NCBI GenBank assembly: GCA_043721575.1
Contig: JAYSQM010000081.1
Span: 1 to 62,851, forward strand
Length of the DNA stretch: 62,851 bases
Source of the DNA: Phycicoccus sp.
GTDB taxonomy: Bacteria; Actinomycetota; Actinomycetes; Actinomycetales; Dermatophilaceae
Direction of reading: 5' to 3'
The notes below the pieces were generated by a model that was given only the letters and a program-made list of their open reading frames with translations, was not told the origin of the DNA and searched no databases. Positions 9,517 to 18,926 of the stretch are shown piece after piece (position 1 is the first letter of the stretch; each line of letters opens with the position of its first letter). The translations under genes were made by a program, and so were the position numbers.

Positions 9517-10113
9517 TCAGTGAGTGCCAGCAGGCCTGAGCGCCGGATCTGGCCGATAGAGCTGATGCTTGGCGATGTACTGCACGACGCCGTCCGGCAC
9601 GAGGTACCAGACCGGTTCGCCCTCCACGACGCGGGAGCGACAGTTGGTGGAGCTGATGGCCATGGCGGGGATCTCCTGCAGGGTCACCCGGTCCTCGGGC
9701 AGTCCATTGTCGCTCAGGACGTGCCCTGGCCGGGTCACCCCGATGAAGTGGGCAAGGTCCCAGAGCTCGTCGACGTCCTTCCACGACAGGATCTGGGCCA
9801 ACGCATCGGCGCCGGTAATGAAGAACAGCTCCGAGTCCGGCCGTTGTGCATGCAGGTCACGGAGGGTGTCGATGGTGTAGGTCGGGCCGGACCGGTCGAT
9901 GTCGACGCGGCTGACGGTGAATCTCGGGTTGGAGGCCGTGGCGATCACCGTCATCAGGTAGCGGTGCTCGGCCGGCGACACCGCGGCCGAGTCCTTCTGC
10001 CAGGGTTCCCCGGTCGGCACGAACACGACCTCATCGAGGTCGAAGAGCGCCTGGACCTCACTGGCGGCCACGAGGTGACCATGATGGATGGGATCGAAGG
10101 TCCCGCCCATCAC
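9517..10113 (-). CDS. nadD: nicotinate-nucleotide adenylyltransferase
   Basis: [12 protein letters not shown] and ISSTNCR motifs. The start is uncertain: GTG 10113 or ATG 10110. The longer ORF overlaps the small upstream gene. Confidence 0.85.
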   Translation of the reverse strand: MMGGTFDPIHHGHLVAASEVQALFDLDEVVFVPTGEPWQKDSAAVSPAEHRYLMTVIATASNPRFTVSRVDIDRSGPTYTIDTLRDLHAQRPDSELFFITGADALAQILSWKDVDELWDLAHFIGVTRPGHVLSDNGLPEDRVTLQEIPAMAISSTNCRSRVVEGEPVWYLVPDGVVQYIAKHQLYRPDPALRPAGTH

Positions 10114-10127
10114 GCCGATGCGCCTGG

Positions 10128-10337
10128 TCAGCGGTGCGTCCCGGGATCGGTTGCCCCGCCGGCGGGCTTGTCGTACTTGGCCGCCGTGTTGCGGAAGGAC
10201 CACAACACCCCCAGGAGCACCATGAAACATGCGAAGGCAATGACACCGAAGGCCCACGGCGGCATCGGCAGCTCGCGCAGCTTCGCGGTCTCTGCGGTGG
10301 CGAACGTGGTGGCTGTGGACGTGAACGACATGGCCAC
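10128..10337 (-). CDS. small hypothetical membrane protein (69 aa)
   Basis: GTG start. One clear TM segment ([21 protein letters not shown]). It fills the proA-nadD gap on the operon strand, and its stop abuts the nadD start region. Confidence 0.45.
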   Translation of the reverse strand: MAMSFTSTATTFATAETAKLRELPMPPWAFGVIAFACFMVLLGVLWSFRNTAAKYDKPAGGATDPGTHR

Positions 10338-10397
10338 AGCCTAGCCGGTGAGATTGCGGTGGCGACTCACCTTCGCGGCGTCCGGACGAGCGAGCTT

Positions 10398-11684
10398 TCA
10401 GTGACGGATCTGACCGTCGCCCTCGACGACCCACTTGGTCGTGGTCAGCTCTGCCAGACCCATCGGTCCGCGGGCGTGCAGCTTCTGGGTGGAGATGCCG
10501 ATCTCGGCGCCGAACCCGAACTCCCCGCCGTCGGTGAACCGTGTCGAGGCGTTGACCATGACGGCCGCTGCATCCACCTCGGCGGTCCAGCGACGGGCCG
10601 CCGCGCGGTCCTCGGTGACGATGGCCTCGGTGTGCCCCGTGCCGAACTTCTGGACGTGTGCCAACGCCTCGTCGAGCGAGTCGACGATCCGCGTGCTGAT
10701 GTCCAGTGAGAGGTACTCGCAGGCGAAGTCCTCATCCGTGGCCAGGCTGTATGCCGCGCCGGCCTCCTGCGCGAACGGCTCCATCTCGGCGTCGCCATGG
10801 ACGGTGACCCCGGCCGAACCCAGCTGCGCCAACACCTTGGGCAGGAAGGTCGAGGCGATGCTGCGATGAACCAGCAAGGACTCGGCAGAGTTGCAGACGC
10901 TGATTCGGTGGGTCTTGGAGTTGACCGTGATGGCCAGCGCCTTGTCGAGGTCCGCAGCAGCGTCGACGTAGACGTGGCAGTTGCCGACGCCGGTCTCGAT
11001 CACGGGCACCGTCGACTCCCGCACTACCGCCTGGATCAGCTCCGCCCCGCCCCGCGGGATGAGCACGTCCACCAGACCGCGTGCCGTCATCAGCGCCCGC
11101 ACGGCGTCGCGCCCGCCCCCGTCCAGCAGCGAGATCGCGTCGGCCGGCAGACCTTGGGACTCCAGCGCCCCCCGCAGCACTGCCACCAGTGCGCGGTTGC
11201 TCGCACCGGCTGCAGAGCCTCCGCGCAGCACGACCGCGTTGCCGCTCTTGAGCGCCAGACCCGCCGCGTCGACCGTCACGTTAGGGCGGGCCTCGTAGAT
11301 CATGGCGACAACACCCATCGGCACCCGCACCTGTCGAATCTGCAGGCCGTTGGCCAGCGTCGACCCGCGCACGACCTCCCCGACCGGGTCCGGCAGTCCG
11401 GCGATGTCCCGCAATGCCTCAGCCACAGCCGTGACCCGAGCCTGGTCCAGCCGCAGCCGGTCGAGCAGTCCCTCCGCCAGACCCTGGGCCCGTCCTCGGG
11501 CAATGTCCTGGTCGTTGGCCACGATGATCTCTGCTGACGCTGAGTCGAGGGCGTCAGCCATCGCCCGCAGTGCCGCATCCTTGTCGGCACGCGAGCACAG
11601 TGCGAGCCGGCGCGAAGCCCTCCGCGCCGCGCCGGCCAGGTCGGCGACGTATGCGGTGATCTCTGGATCGATCGGCTCAGCCAT
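10398..11684 (-). CDS. proA: gamma-glutamyl phosphate reductase
   Basis: Trimmed to ATG 11684 (MAEPIDPE...). ALDH-fold ProA motifs are present, including the C-terminal [32 protein letters not shown]. Confidence 0.93.
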   Translation of the reverse strand: MAEPIDPEITAYVADLAGAARRASRRLALCSRADKDAALRAMADALDSASAEIIVANDQDIARGRAQGLAEGLLDRLRLDQARVTAVAEALRDIAGLPDPVGEVVRGSTLANGLQIRQVRVPMGVVAMIYEARPNVTVDAAGLALKSGNAVVLRGGSAAGASNRALVAVLRGALESQGLPADAISLLDGGGRDAVRALMTARGLVDVLIPRGGAELIQAVVRESTVPVIETGVGNCHVYVDAAADLDKALAITVNSKTHRISVCNSAESLLVHRSIASTFLPKVLAQLGSAGVTVHGDAEMEPFAQEAGAAYSLATDEDFACEYLSLDISTRIVDSLDEALAHVQKFGTGHTEAIVTEDRAAARRWTAEVDAAAVMVNASTRFTDGGEFGFGAEIGISTQKLHARGPMGLAELTTTKWVVEGDGQIRH

Positions 11685-11701
11685 GGGGCCAGCGTAAGCC
11701 G

Positions 11702-12820
11702 CTAGAGCAGGACCAGGTCGTCGCGGTGCACGACCTCGCGCTCGTAGGACGGTCCCAGCTCGCGCGCCAGGTCGCGCGTGCTGCGGCCCAGCAGCCCTGG
11801 CAGCTCGGTGGAGTCGTAGTTGACCAGGCCCCGGGCGACGGCGCGACCGGCTGGGTCGCACAGGTCCACGGGATCGCCGTCACCGAACCTGCCCTGGACG
11901 CTGAGGATGCCGGCCGGGAGCAGCGACTTTCTTCGCTCGACGACGGCTGCCACCGCTCCGGCGTCGAGGATCAACCGGCCGCGCGCAGTCGTGGCATGCG
12001 CCAGCCAGAGCAGTCGGCTGGCCCTGCGGGAGCCGGTGGGCACGAACAGGGTGCCGATGTCCTCGCCGGCCAGGGCCTGGGCGGCCTGCTCTGTCGAGGC
12101 CAGGATTGTGGTGATGCCAGCCGCGGTGGCAATGGCCGCAGCCTCGATCTTGGTGGCCATCCCGCCCGTGCCAACGCCTGAGCCAGAGCCCCCGATCTTG
12201 ACGTCCTTGAGGTCAACAGCCCCGCGCACCAATGGAATTCGCGACGTGCCCGCCCGGGTAGGGTGCCCATCATAAAGCGCATCGACGTCCGAGAGCAGGA
12301 CCAGCGCATCCGCGTGCACAAGGTGGGCAACCAGCGCAGCGAGGCGGTCGTTGTCCCCGAACCGGATCTCGTGCGTGGCGACCGTGTCGTTCTCGTTGAC
12401 GACCGGGACGACGCCGAGGTCGAGCAGCCGGTCCAGGGTGCGTCGGGCGTTGGCATAGTGCGAACGACGCGTGACGTCCTCAGCGGTCAGCAGGACCTGA
12501 CCCACGGTGAGGTCGTGCGCCCCGAACGCGAGGCTGTATGCCGCCACGAGGGCCCCCTGACCGACGCTGGCTGCGGCCTGCTGGGTGGCCAGATCACGGG
12601 GCCGACGGAGCAGACCCAGCGGTGTGATGCCGGCCGCGATGGCGCCCGAGGAGACCAGGACGATCTGGGTGCCGTGCCTGCGGCGGGCGGCGATCACATC
12701 TACCAGCGCGCCGAGCCGGGCGTGATCGAGTGCGCCGCCCGGGGTGGTCAGCGAGCTGGAGCCGACCTTGACGACAAGGCGCTGGGCGGTGCGCAGGTCA
12801 GCGTGACTGGGCGTGGGCAC
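11702..12820 (-). CDS. proB: glutamate 5-kinase
   Basis: 372-aa ORF with [10 protein letters not shown] and a PUA-like C-terminal domain. GTG start. Confidence 0.95.
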   Translation of the reverse strand: MPTPSHADLRTAQRLVVKVGSSSLTTPGGALDHARLGALVDVIAARRRHGTQIVLVSSGAIAAGITPLGLLRRPRDLATQQAAASVGQGALVAAYSLAFGAHDLTVGQVLLTAEDVTRRSHYANARRTLDRLLDLGVVPVVNENDTVATHEIRFGDNDRLAALVAHLVHADALVLLSDVDALYDGHPTRAGTSRIPLVRGAVDLKDVKIGGSGSGVGTGGMATKIEAAAIATAAGITTILASTEQAAQALAGEDIGTLFVPTGSRRASRLLWLAHATTARGRLILDAGAVAAVVERRKSLLPAGILSVQGRFGDGDPVDLCDPAGRAVARGLVNYDSTELPGLLGRSTRDLARELGPSYEREVVHRDDLVLL

Positions 12821-12843
12821 GCGGGAAGTCTAGTGAGAGGGAG

Positions 12844-14391
12844 TCAGTCACCCTGTTCCGTCTCAACGCCGTCGTCGGAAGGGGTGGCCGCCGAGGCCCA
12901 GTGCCCGGCCTTGCGCTCGGCCTGGAGCTGATCGCGGGCCGCGGTCTTGGCCGCCCGGCGGTCCGCGTAGTCGGACCTTTTCTCCTCGCGGGTGGGGCGG
13001 TGCAGGTTGTCCAGGCGTACGTCGCTGCCCCGGGGGCCGGTGAGCAGCTCGGCACCGGCGGCCATTGTGGGCTCCCAGTCGAAGACCACGGCGTTGTCGG
13101 CTGCACCGATGACCACCGTGGCGCCGGCCACGGCACCCGCCTTGTAGAGGGCCTGCTCGACGCCCGCCCGGGCCAGCCGGTCCGCGAGGTACCCGACGGC
13201 CTCGTCGTTGGAGAAGTCCGTCTGCTCGACCCAACGCTTGGTCCGATCTCCGATCACCCGGAAGACCTCGCCATCAGGGGTGTTCTCGAGCTTGACGACG
13301 AAGCCGCTGTCGTCCACAGCCTTGGGGCGCAGGACGATGCGCGGGATCTCGATCGCGCCAAGTGCCGCGCGGGCCGCAAGGACGTGCCGTGACATGGCGA
13401 ACGTCAGCTCCTTGAGCCCGGTGCGCGCGACCGCGGAGATGATGAAGACCTCGATGCCTCGGGCTTCCAGGTCGGGCCTGACCATCGCGGCAAGCTCGCG
13501 AGCCTCGGGCACGTCGGCCTTGTTCAGCACGACGATGCGGGTGCGCTCGGAGAGCGGACGCCCGCCCAGGGACTCGTCGGCGACGTACTGCGAGAGCTCC
13601 TGCTCGATGACGTCCAGGTCGCTCAGGGGATCACGGCCGGGCTCGAGGGTGGCGCAGTCGATGACGTGCACCAGGACCGAACAGCGCTCCACATGGCGTA
13701 GGAACTCCAGGCCCAGGCCCTTGCCCTCGCTCGCGCCCGGGATCAGGCCGGGCACATCGGCCACGGTGAAGCGCTGATCGCCGGCGATCACCACACCCAG
13801 GTTGGGGACCAGCGTGGTGAACGGGTAGTCGGCGATCTTGGGCCGCGCCGCGCTCAGGACCGAGACCAGGCTCGACTTGCCGGCCGACGGGTAGCCGATC
13901 AGGGCGACATCGGCCAGGGACTTCAGCTCCAGGACGATGTCCTGGCTGTCGCCGGACTCGCCGAGCAGGGCGAATCCGGGAGCCTTGCGGGCCCGTGAGG
14001 ACAGCGCCCGGTTGCCCAGGCCTCCTCGACCTCCGCGGGCAACCACATAGGTCTCGCCCTGGGCCACCAGGTCGACGATGACGTCGCCGTCGGCCCCCTT
14101 GACCACGGTGCCGGCCGGCACGGGCAGGATCAGGTCACCTCCGTCGGCGCCGTTGCAGTCGTCCCCGCCGCCCGGCTGACCGTTCGTGGCCTTGCGGTGC
14201 GGGCTGTGGTGGTAGTCCAGCAGGGTGGTTGACTGCGGGTCGACGGACACAATGATGTTGCCGCCACGCCCACCGTTTCCACCGTCAGGGCCGCCGAGCG
14301 GCTTGAACTTCTCACGGCGCACGGACGCGACGCCATGGCCCCCGTCACCGGCGGCAACGTGAAGCACGACGTGGTCAACGAAGTTCGCCAT
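12844..14391 (-). CDS. obg: GTPase Obg/CgtA
   Basis: 515-aa ORF with the Gly-rich Obg fold, G1 [19 protein letters not shown] and a C-terminal OCT-like domain. Confidence 0.96.
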   Translation of the reverse strand: MANFVDHVVLHVAAGDGGHGVASVRREKFKPLGGPDGGNGGRGGNIIVSVDPQSTTLLDYHHSPHRKATNGQPGGGDDCNGADGGDLILPVPAGTVVKGADGDVIVDLVAQGETYVVARGGRGGLGNRALSSRARKAPGFALLGESGDSQDIVLELKSLADVALIGYPSAGKSSLVSVLSAARPKIADYPFTTLVPNLGVVIAGDQRFTVADVPGLIPGASEGKGLGLEFLRHVERCSVLVHVIDCATLEPGRDPLSDLDVIEQELSQYVADESLGGRPLSERTRIVVLNKADVPEARELAAMVRPDLEARGIEVFIISAVARTGLKELTFAMSRHVLAARAALGAIEIPRIVLRPKAVDDSGFVVKLENTPDGEVFRVIGDRTKRWVEQTDFSNDEAVGYLADRLARAGVEQALYKAGAVAGATVVIGAADNAVVFDWEPTMAAGAELLTGPRGSDVRLDNLHRPTREEKRSDYADRRAAKTAARDQLQAERKAGHWASAATPSDDGVETEQGD

Positions 14392-14477
14392 GGTGTCTCC
14401 ATCCGCGGCTCTGTGGGCCGGGCACTAGTCAGGTCGTGCTCATCCGTTCAATGGTTCATGCCCGCACGTTCGCGGGC

Positions 14478-14520
14478 AAAAAACACGCGAGGGGGCGGGC
14501 CATCCGGCCCGCCCCCTCGC
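14478..14520 (-). terminator. intrinsic terminator downstream of rpmA
   Basis: A perfect 15-bp GC stem (14487-14501 with 14506-14520, loop atcc). On the minus strand it is followed by GTGTTTTTTG (the A6 run at 14478-14483). Confidence 0.75.
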
Positions 14521-14561
14521 ACCGAGGTTCGTGTCTCGTCAGGTTCGTGCTGAGGCTGGTG

Positions 14562-14834
14562 TCAGGCCGGTTCGGAGACAGCTGCCGGCTCGACGATGTT
14601 GACCGTCTTGCGCCCACGCTTTTTGCCGAACTTCACGGCGCCGGCGACGAGCGCGAAGAGCGTGTCATCGCCGCCACGGCCAACGCCGTCACCGGGGTGG
14701 AAGTGCGTGCCACGCTGGCGGACGAGGATCTCGCCGGCGTTGACGGCCTGGCCGCCGAAGCGCTTGACGCCAAGGTACTGGGCGTTGGAGTCGCGCCCGT
14801 TGCGCGTCGAGGATGCACCCTTTTTGTGTGCCAT
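14562..14834 (-). CDS. rpmA: 50S ribosomal protein L27
   Basis: [24 protein letters not shown]... Confidence 0.97.
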   Translation of the reverse strand: MAHKKGASSTRNGRDSNAQYLGVKRFGGQAVNAGEILVRQRGTHFHPGDGVGRGGDDTLFALVAGAVKFGKKRGRKTVNIVEPAAVSEPA

Positions 14835-14894
14835 GTCACTGCCTGCCTTAGGTTCTGGGGCTTGTCAGATTCGAGAACGACCGATCAACGAGGC

Positions 14895-15203
14895 TCAGGC
14901 CTCGATCGCGGTGACCTTGATCTGGGTCGAGTGCTGACGGTGACCCTGACGCTTGCGGTAGCCGGTCTTGTTCTTGAACTTCATGATCGTGATCTTGGGA
15001 CCCTTGGTGGCCTTGACCACCTCGGCGGTGACCTTGACCTTGGCCAGCTTGCTTGCGTCGCTGGTCACGGTGGATCCATCGACGAGCAGGAGCGCCGTGA
15101 GCTCGACGCTGTCGCCGGCCTCACCCCTCACCTTGTCGATGATGAGGACGTCGCCGACGGACACCTTCTCCTGACGGCCGCCTGCGCGAACGATCGCGTA
15201 CAC
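14895..15203 (-). CDS. rplU: 50S ribosomal protein L21
   Basis: [14 protein letters not shown]... with a GTG start. Confidence 0.97.
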   Translation of the reverse strand: MYAIVRAGGRQEKVSVGDVLIIDKVRGEAGDSVELTALLLVDGSTVTSDASKLAKVKVTAEVVKATKGPKITIMKFKNKTGYRKRQGHRQHSTQIKVTAIEA

Positions 15204-15323
15204 GTTGAGCTCACTCTCTTACGTTTGTTCGGGGGTAGGTGACCACTGTGGACCGGCACATAGTCTCCGAGAAGACACGAGCACGGTGGGTGCACCGAAG
15301 GGTCAGACTACTTGCTCGGGCGC

Positions 15324-17963
15324 CTATGAATCAAACTCACCGCTGGCGGCGCCTTCACCGGCACCGGGGGGAGGCCCGGCGGGTGCCACCACGCGAGCGC
15401 GCTTGCGCCGGCCGCGCGCGGCAGGTGCTGGCACCTCGGCCACCGGGGCGGACTCGGCTACAACCGCCTCGACAGGTGCGCCCTGTGGCTGGTCCACCGG
15501 TTGTTCGCTGACCTGTTCGCTGACCTGTTCGCTGACCTGCTCGCTGACCTGCTCCCTGATCTCGTCGTGCGATACCGCCTGGATGGCCGCAGCGTGGGCC
15601 GTCGCGGCGATCTGGGCCGGCGTCGGGCCGCCCGGCGTCACCTTGGGCTCGGGTGCGACCGACACGCCGGTATCGCGTCCGCTCCCCCGGGCGCGACGGC
15701 CACGAGGACCGCGGCCGCTGCCCGCCTCGCCGCCACTGCTGTTGTTGCCACTGTTGCCGCCACTGTTGTTGCCGCCACCGCCGCCGCTGGAACCGTCATT
15801 GCCGGCAGGCCGGTCGATCGGGTCGGCGCTGACGATGATGCCGCGGCCGTTGCAGTGCTCACAGTTCTCCGAGAAGACCTCGATCAGGCCGGCGCCCACC
15901 CGCTTGCGGGTCATCTGCACCAGACCCAGAGAGGTCACCTCGGCGACCTGGTGCTTGGTCCGGTCGCGCCCCAGGCACTCGAGCAGTCGACGCACGACGA
16001 GGTCGCGGTTGCTCTCGAGCACCATGTCGATGAAGTCGATGACGATGATGCCGCCGATGTCACGCAGCCGCAGCTGGCGCACGATCTCTTCGGCTGCCTC
16101 GATGTTGTTCTTGGTGACGGTCTCCTCTAGGTTGCCCCCCGACCCAACGAACTTGCCGGTGTTGACGTCGACCACGGTCATCGCCTCGGTCCGGTCAATG
16201 ACCAGGGAGCCGCCCGAAGGCAGCCAGACCTTGCGGTCCATGGCCTTGGCGATCTGCTCGTCGACGCGGTAGTGCGTGAAGAGATCCTGCTCGCCGGTCC
16301 ACTTCTGGACCCGGTCGGCCAGATCCGGTGCCACCGTGTTGACGTAACCGTTGACGGTCTCCCAGGCGGGGTCACCGGAGACGACCAGGCTGGCGAAGTC
16401 CTCGTTGAAGACGTCGCGGATGACGCGGACCGTGAGGTCGGGCTCACCGTGCAGCAGGGCCGGAGCGTTGGCGCTCCTGCTCTTGGCCTGGATGTCTTCC
16501 CAGGCGGCGGTCAGGCGCGTCACGTCGGCGCGCAGCTCGTCCTCGCTGGCGCCCTCGGCCGCCGTACGCACGATGACCCCGGCGTTCTCGGGGACCACCT
16601 CGCGCAGGATCTTCTTCAGGCGGGCTCGCTCGGTGTCGGGGAGCTTGCGCGAGATGCCCATCATGTTGCCGTCCGGCACGTAGACCAGGTAACGACCGGG
16701 CAGCGAGACCTGCGAGGTCAGGCGGGCGCCCTTGTGCCCGATGGGATCCTTTGTCACCTGAGCCAGGACACTCTGGCCCGAGCTCAGCGCGTTCTCGATC
16801 CGTCGGGCGCGGTTTTCCAGGCCCGCGGCATCCCAGTTGACCTCACCGGCGTACAGCACGGCGTTGCGGCCCTTGCCGATGTCGACGAACGCGGCCTCCA
16901 TGCTCGGCAGAACGTTCTGGATACGACCGAGGTAGACGTTGCCGGCCATCGAGGCGTTGGTCTCGCGGGACACGTAGTGCTCGACCAGGACGCCGTCCTC
17001 GAGGACGCCGATCTGGGTGCGGTCCTGCTTGTGGCGCACGACCATGACCCGCTCGACGCTCTCGCGCCGTGCCAGGAACTCCGCCTCGGTGATGACCGTG
17101 CGACGGCGCCCTGCCTCACGGCCCTCACGACGACGCTGCTTCTTGGCCTCGAGCCGGGTCGAGCCCTTGATCGAGCTGACCTCGTCACGCTGCGGGCGCG
17201 GCTCCCGGACCCGGGTCGCGGTGCCGGGCTGGTCGTCGCTGTCGCCACGGCGACGGCGGCGGGTGCGCCGCCGGTTCCCGCCGATCTCCCCCGACTCGTC
17301 GTCAGCGGGAGGCTGGCCCGACGAAGTCGTCTCGGCGCTGTCCTCGTCGGACGACTCGTCGGCGGTGCTCAGGGGCTCGTCGACACCGCCTTCGTCCGTG
17401 GCACGTCCCCGGCGGCCCTTGCCGCCGCGGCGGCGCCGGCGGCGAGCACCCTCGGCTCCCGAGTCGTCGGCCTCATCGGCGCTGTCCTGCCACGCGTCAG
17501 CACCCTGCTCCGGGGTGGCCTGTGAGGGAGCCCGGTGGATCGGAGCCGACTCGGGGACGGGGGCGGCCGCCGGAGCGGTAGCCCTGCGGCGCCGTGGGGC
17601 CCCGGTGGGCTCCGGCGGCTGGAACAGCAGGCCGAAGCTCGAAACCGCAGGAACCGTCACAGGCCCGGCCTCCGGTGCCGGATCAACATGCGCCGGCTCG
17701 AGATCGACCGCTGCCGCCGCGGACTTCTTGGCGGTTTTGCGGGGAGCACGCTCGGCCGTCTTGCGGGCCGGGGCCTTGGCCTTGGCGGGCTCGCTGGCTC
17801 CGTCTGCGGTCAGGTCAGCGGGCGCCTGCTGAGGCGCACTGGCTTTCTTGGTGGCTTTGCGTGGAGCCCGTTTGGCTGCGGCCTTCTTCGCCGGAGCAGC
17901 GGTGTCACCGGGCACAACCGATGCGATGTCGGTGCTGAAGATGTTGTCGTCGTTGGATGCCAT
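15324..17963 (-). CDS. rne: ribonuclease E/G family endoribonuclease (RNase E)
   Basis: S1 domain (GNVYLGRIQNVLPSMEAAFVDIG) and catalytic core (VDVNTGKF) flanked by long Arg/Pro/Ala/Glu-rich disordered regions. Start trimmed to ATG 17963, which has GGGAGGA 8 nt upstream. Confidence 0.92.
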   Translation of the reverse strand: MASNDDNIFSTDIASVVPGDTAAPAKKAAAKRAPRKATKKASAPQQAPADLTADGASEPAKAKAPARKTAERAPRKTAKKSAAAAVDLEPAHVDPAPEAGPVTVPAVSSFGLLFQPPEPTGAPRRRRATAPAAAPVPESAPIHRAPSQATPEQGADAWQDSADEADDSGAEGARRRRRRGGKGRRGRATDEGGVDEPLSTADESSDEDSAETTSSGQPPADDESGEIGGNRRRTRRRRRGDSDDQPGTATRVREPRPQRDEVSSIKGSTRLEAKKQRRREGREAGRRRTVITEAEFLARRESVERVMVVRHKQDRTQIGVLEDGVLVEHYVSRETNASMAGNVYLGRIQNVLPSMEAAFVDIGKGRNAVLYAGEVNWDAAGLENRARRIENALSSGQSVLAQVTKDPIGHKGARLTSQVSLPGRYLVYVPDGNMMGISRKLPDTERARLKKILREVVPENAGVIVRTAAEGASEDELRADVTRLTAAWEDIQAKSRSANAPALLHGEPDLTVRVIRDVFNEDFASLVVSGDPAWETVNGYVNTVAPDLADRVQKWTGEQDLFTHYRVDEQIAKAMDRKVWLPSGGSLVIDRTEAMTVVDVNTGKFVGSGGNLEETVTKNNIEAAEEIVRQLRLRDIGGIIVIDFIDMVLESNRDLVVRRLLECLGRDRTKHQVAEVTSLGLVQMTRKRVGAGLIEVFSENCEHCNGRGIIVSADPIDRPAGNDGSSGGGGGNNSGGNSGNNSSGGEAGSGRGPRGRRARGSGRDTGVSVAPEPKVTPGGPTPAQIAATAHAAAIQAVSHDEIREQVSEQVSEQVSEQVSEQPVDQPQGAPVEAVVAESAPVAEVPAPAARGRRKRARVVAPAGPPPGAGEGAASGEFDS
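15503..15562. repeat. 12-nt tandem repeat x5 inside the rne 3' end
   Basis: gttcgctgacct x3, followed by two degenerate copies. It encodes (SEQV)n in the RNase E C-terminal tail. Confidence 0.9.
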
Positions 17964-18127
17964 GTCGGGCGTCCTCCCGTCACCCACGTGGCGAGGACCA
18001 CACCCTGGCCAGGTGGCCCTCATCGCCGCATGGTGCGCGGTTAGCGTCGTCTCCCGCGCTGGGGGCGGGCGGGACGGAAGTCGTATCGCTACATCTCGGG
18101 GCTCGCGCTGCCTCGCGCGTCACCGCC

Positions 18128-18874
18128 TCAGATGCCGTCGACGTCCTGGTCGGCAGCCAATGGATCGGCCACCGTCGCGGTTGCGGTGTGCAGCGGCCCC
18201 TGCGCCAGCCGAGTCACCAGGGGTGGTGTCGGCGGCGTTAGTGAGGCGACTGATTGCAGCGCGGTTAGAACATCGTCGGGGCGCACGGTGGGTGTGGTAT
18301 GCCGTACGACCAACCTCAGTATCGCACACGTGTCGTCCTCGGAGGGCGAAGCCTCCAGCGACACGACCGCGCTTCGGACATCGAAGGTCCTCGGACCGTT
18401 CTTCATGACCCGGGTGACTTCGACCCTGTCCTGGGCGAGCAGCAGCGCAGCCGCGTCCGCCAGGCTCCCGAACGGCATACCCCTGAACTCCATGACCCAG
18501 TCACTGGCCTGCAGTCGGTCGGCGAGCGCCCCGGGGACGGCCTCCACCACCTCGAGCACGTCCAGACCCTCGGGCAGTGCCTCATCGAGCGCCGCCCGCA
18601 GCCGCTGCGGGTCGACCCGCTCGGTCACCGAGATCTCGAAGTACTCCGCCTCACTGGCCGAACCTGTCGGCGCCGCGTTGGCGTAGGAGATCTTCGGGTG
18701 AGGGTGGAAGCCTGCGGAGAAGGCCATGGGGACAGCAGCCCGGCGCAACGCCCGCTCGAGGGCTCGCTGGAAGTCGCGCGCCGAGGAGAAGCGCAGCCGT
18801 CCACGCTTGGCATAGCGCACCCGCAGCTTCTGAACCGCAGGAGGCGGAGGAGGACCATCGGGAGTGCGCGCCAT
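18128..18874 (-). CDS. radical-SAM-associated protein (DUF2344 / TIGR03936-like)
   Basis: 248-aa ORF. The segments LRFSSARDFQRALERALRRA and AFSAGFHPHPKISYANA are typical of this family (from memory). It lies directly downstream of the radical SAM gene. Confidence 0.8.
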   Translation of the reverse strand: MARTPDGPPPPPAVQKLRVRYAKRGRLRFSSARDFQRALERALRRAAVPMAFSAGFHPHPKISYANAAPTGSASEAEYFEISVTERVDPQRLRAALDEALPEGLDVLEVVEAVPGALADRLQASDWVMEFRGMPFGSLADAAALLLAQDRVEVTRVMKNGPRTFDVRSAVVSLEASPSEDDTCAILRLVVRHTTPTVRPDDVLTALQSVASLTPPTPPLVTRLAQGPLHTATATVADPLAADQDVDGI

Positions 18875-18926
18875 GACTGGGAGCCAGATTACCTGCGGCG
18901 GCGCCCGGTCAGGGCGTGGTGTCCGG

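Noticed and set aside
15503-15562. Tandem repeats as a possible CRISPR or other array. This also covers 57636-57667 and 23106-23183.
   Set aside because: The units of 12, 16 and 6 nt are contiguous with no spacers. Two of the three are in-frame coding low-complexity sequence. They are simple tandem duplications.
17964-18127. The 164-nt rne leader and the 120-nt rne-rplU spacer (15204-15323) as known cis-regulatory RNAs (rne 5' UTR element, L21 leader).
   Set aside because: I could not recognise any conserved motif or convincing extended structure by eye. The known Rfam models, as I recall them, come from other phyla. A covariance-model search would be needed.
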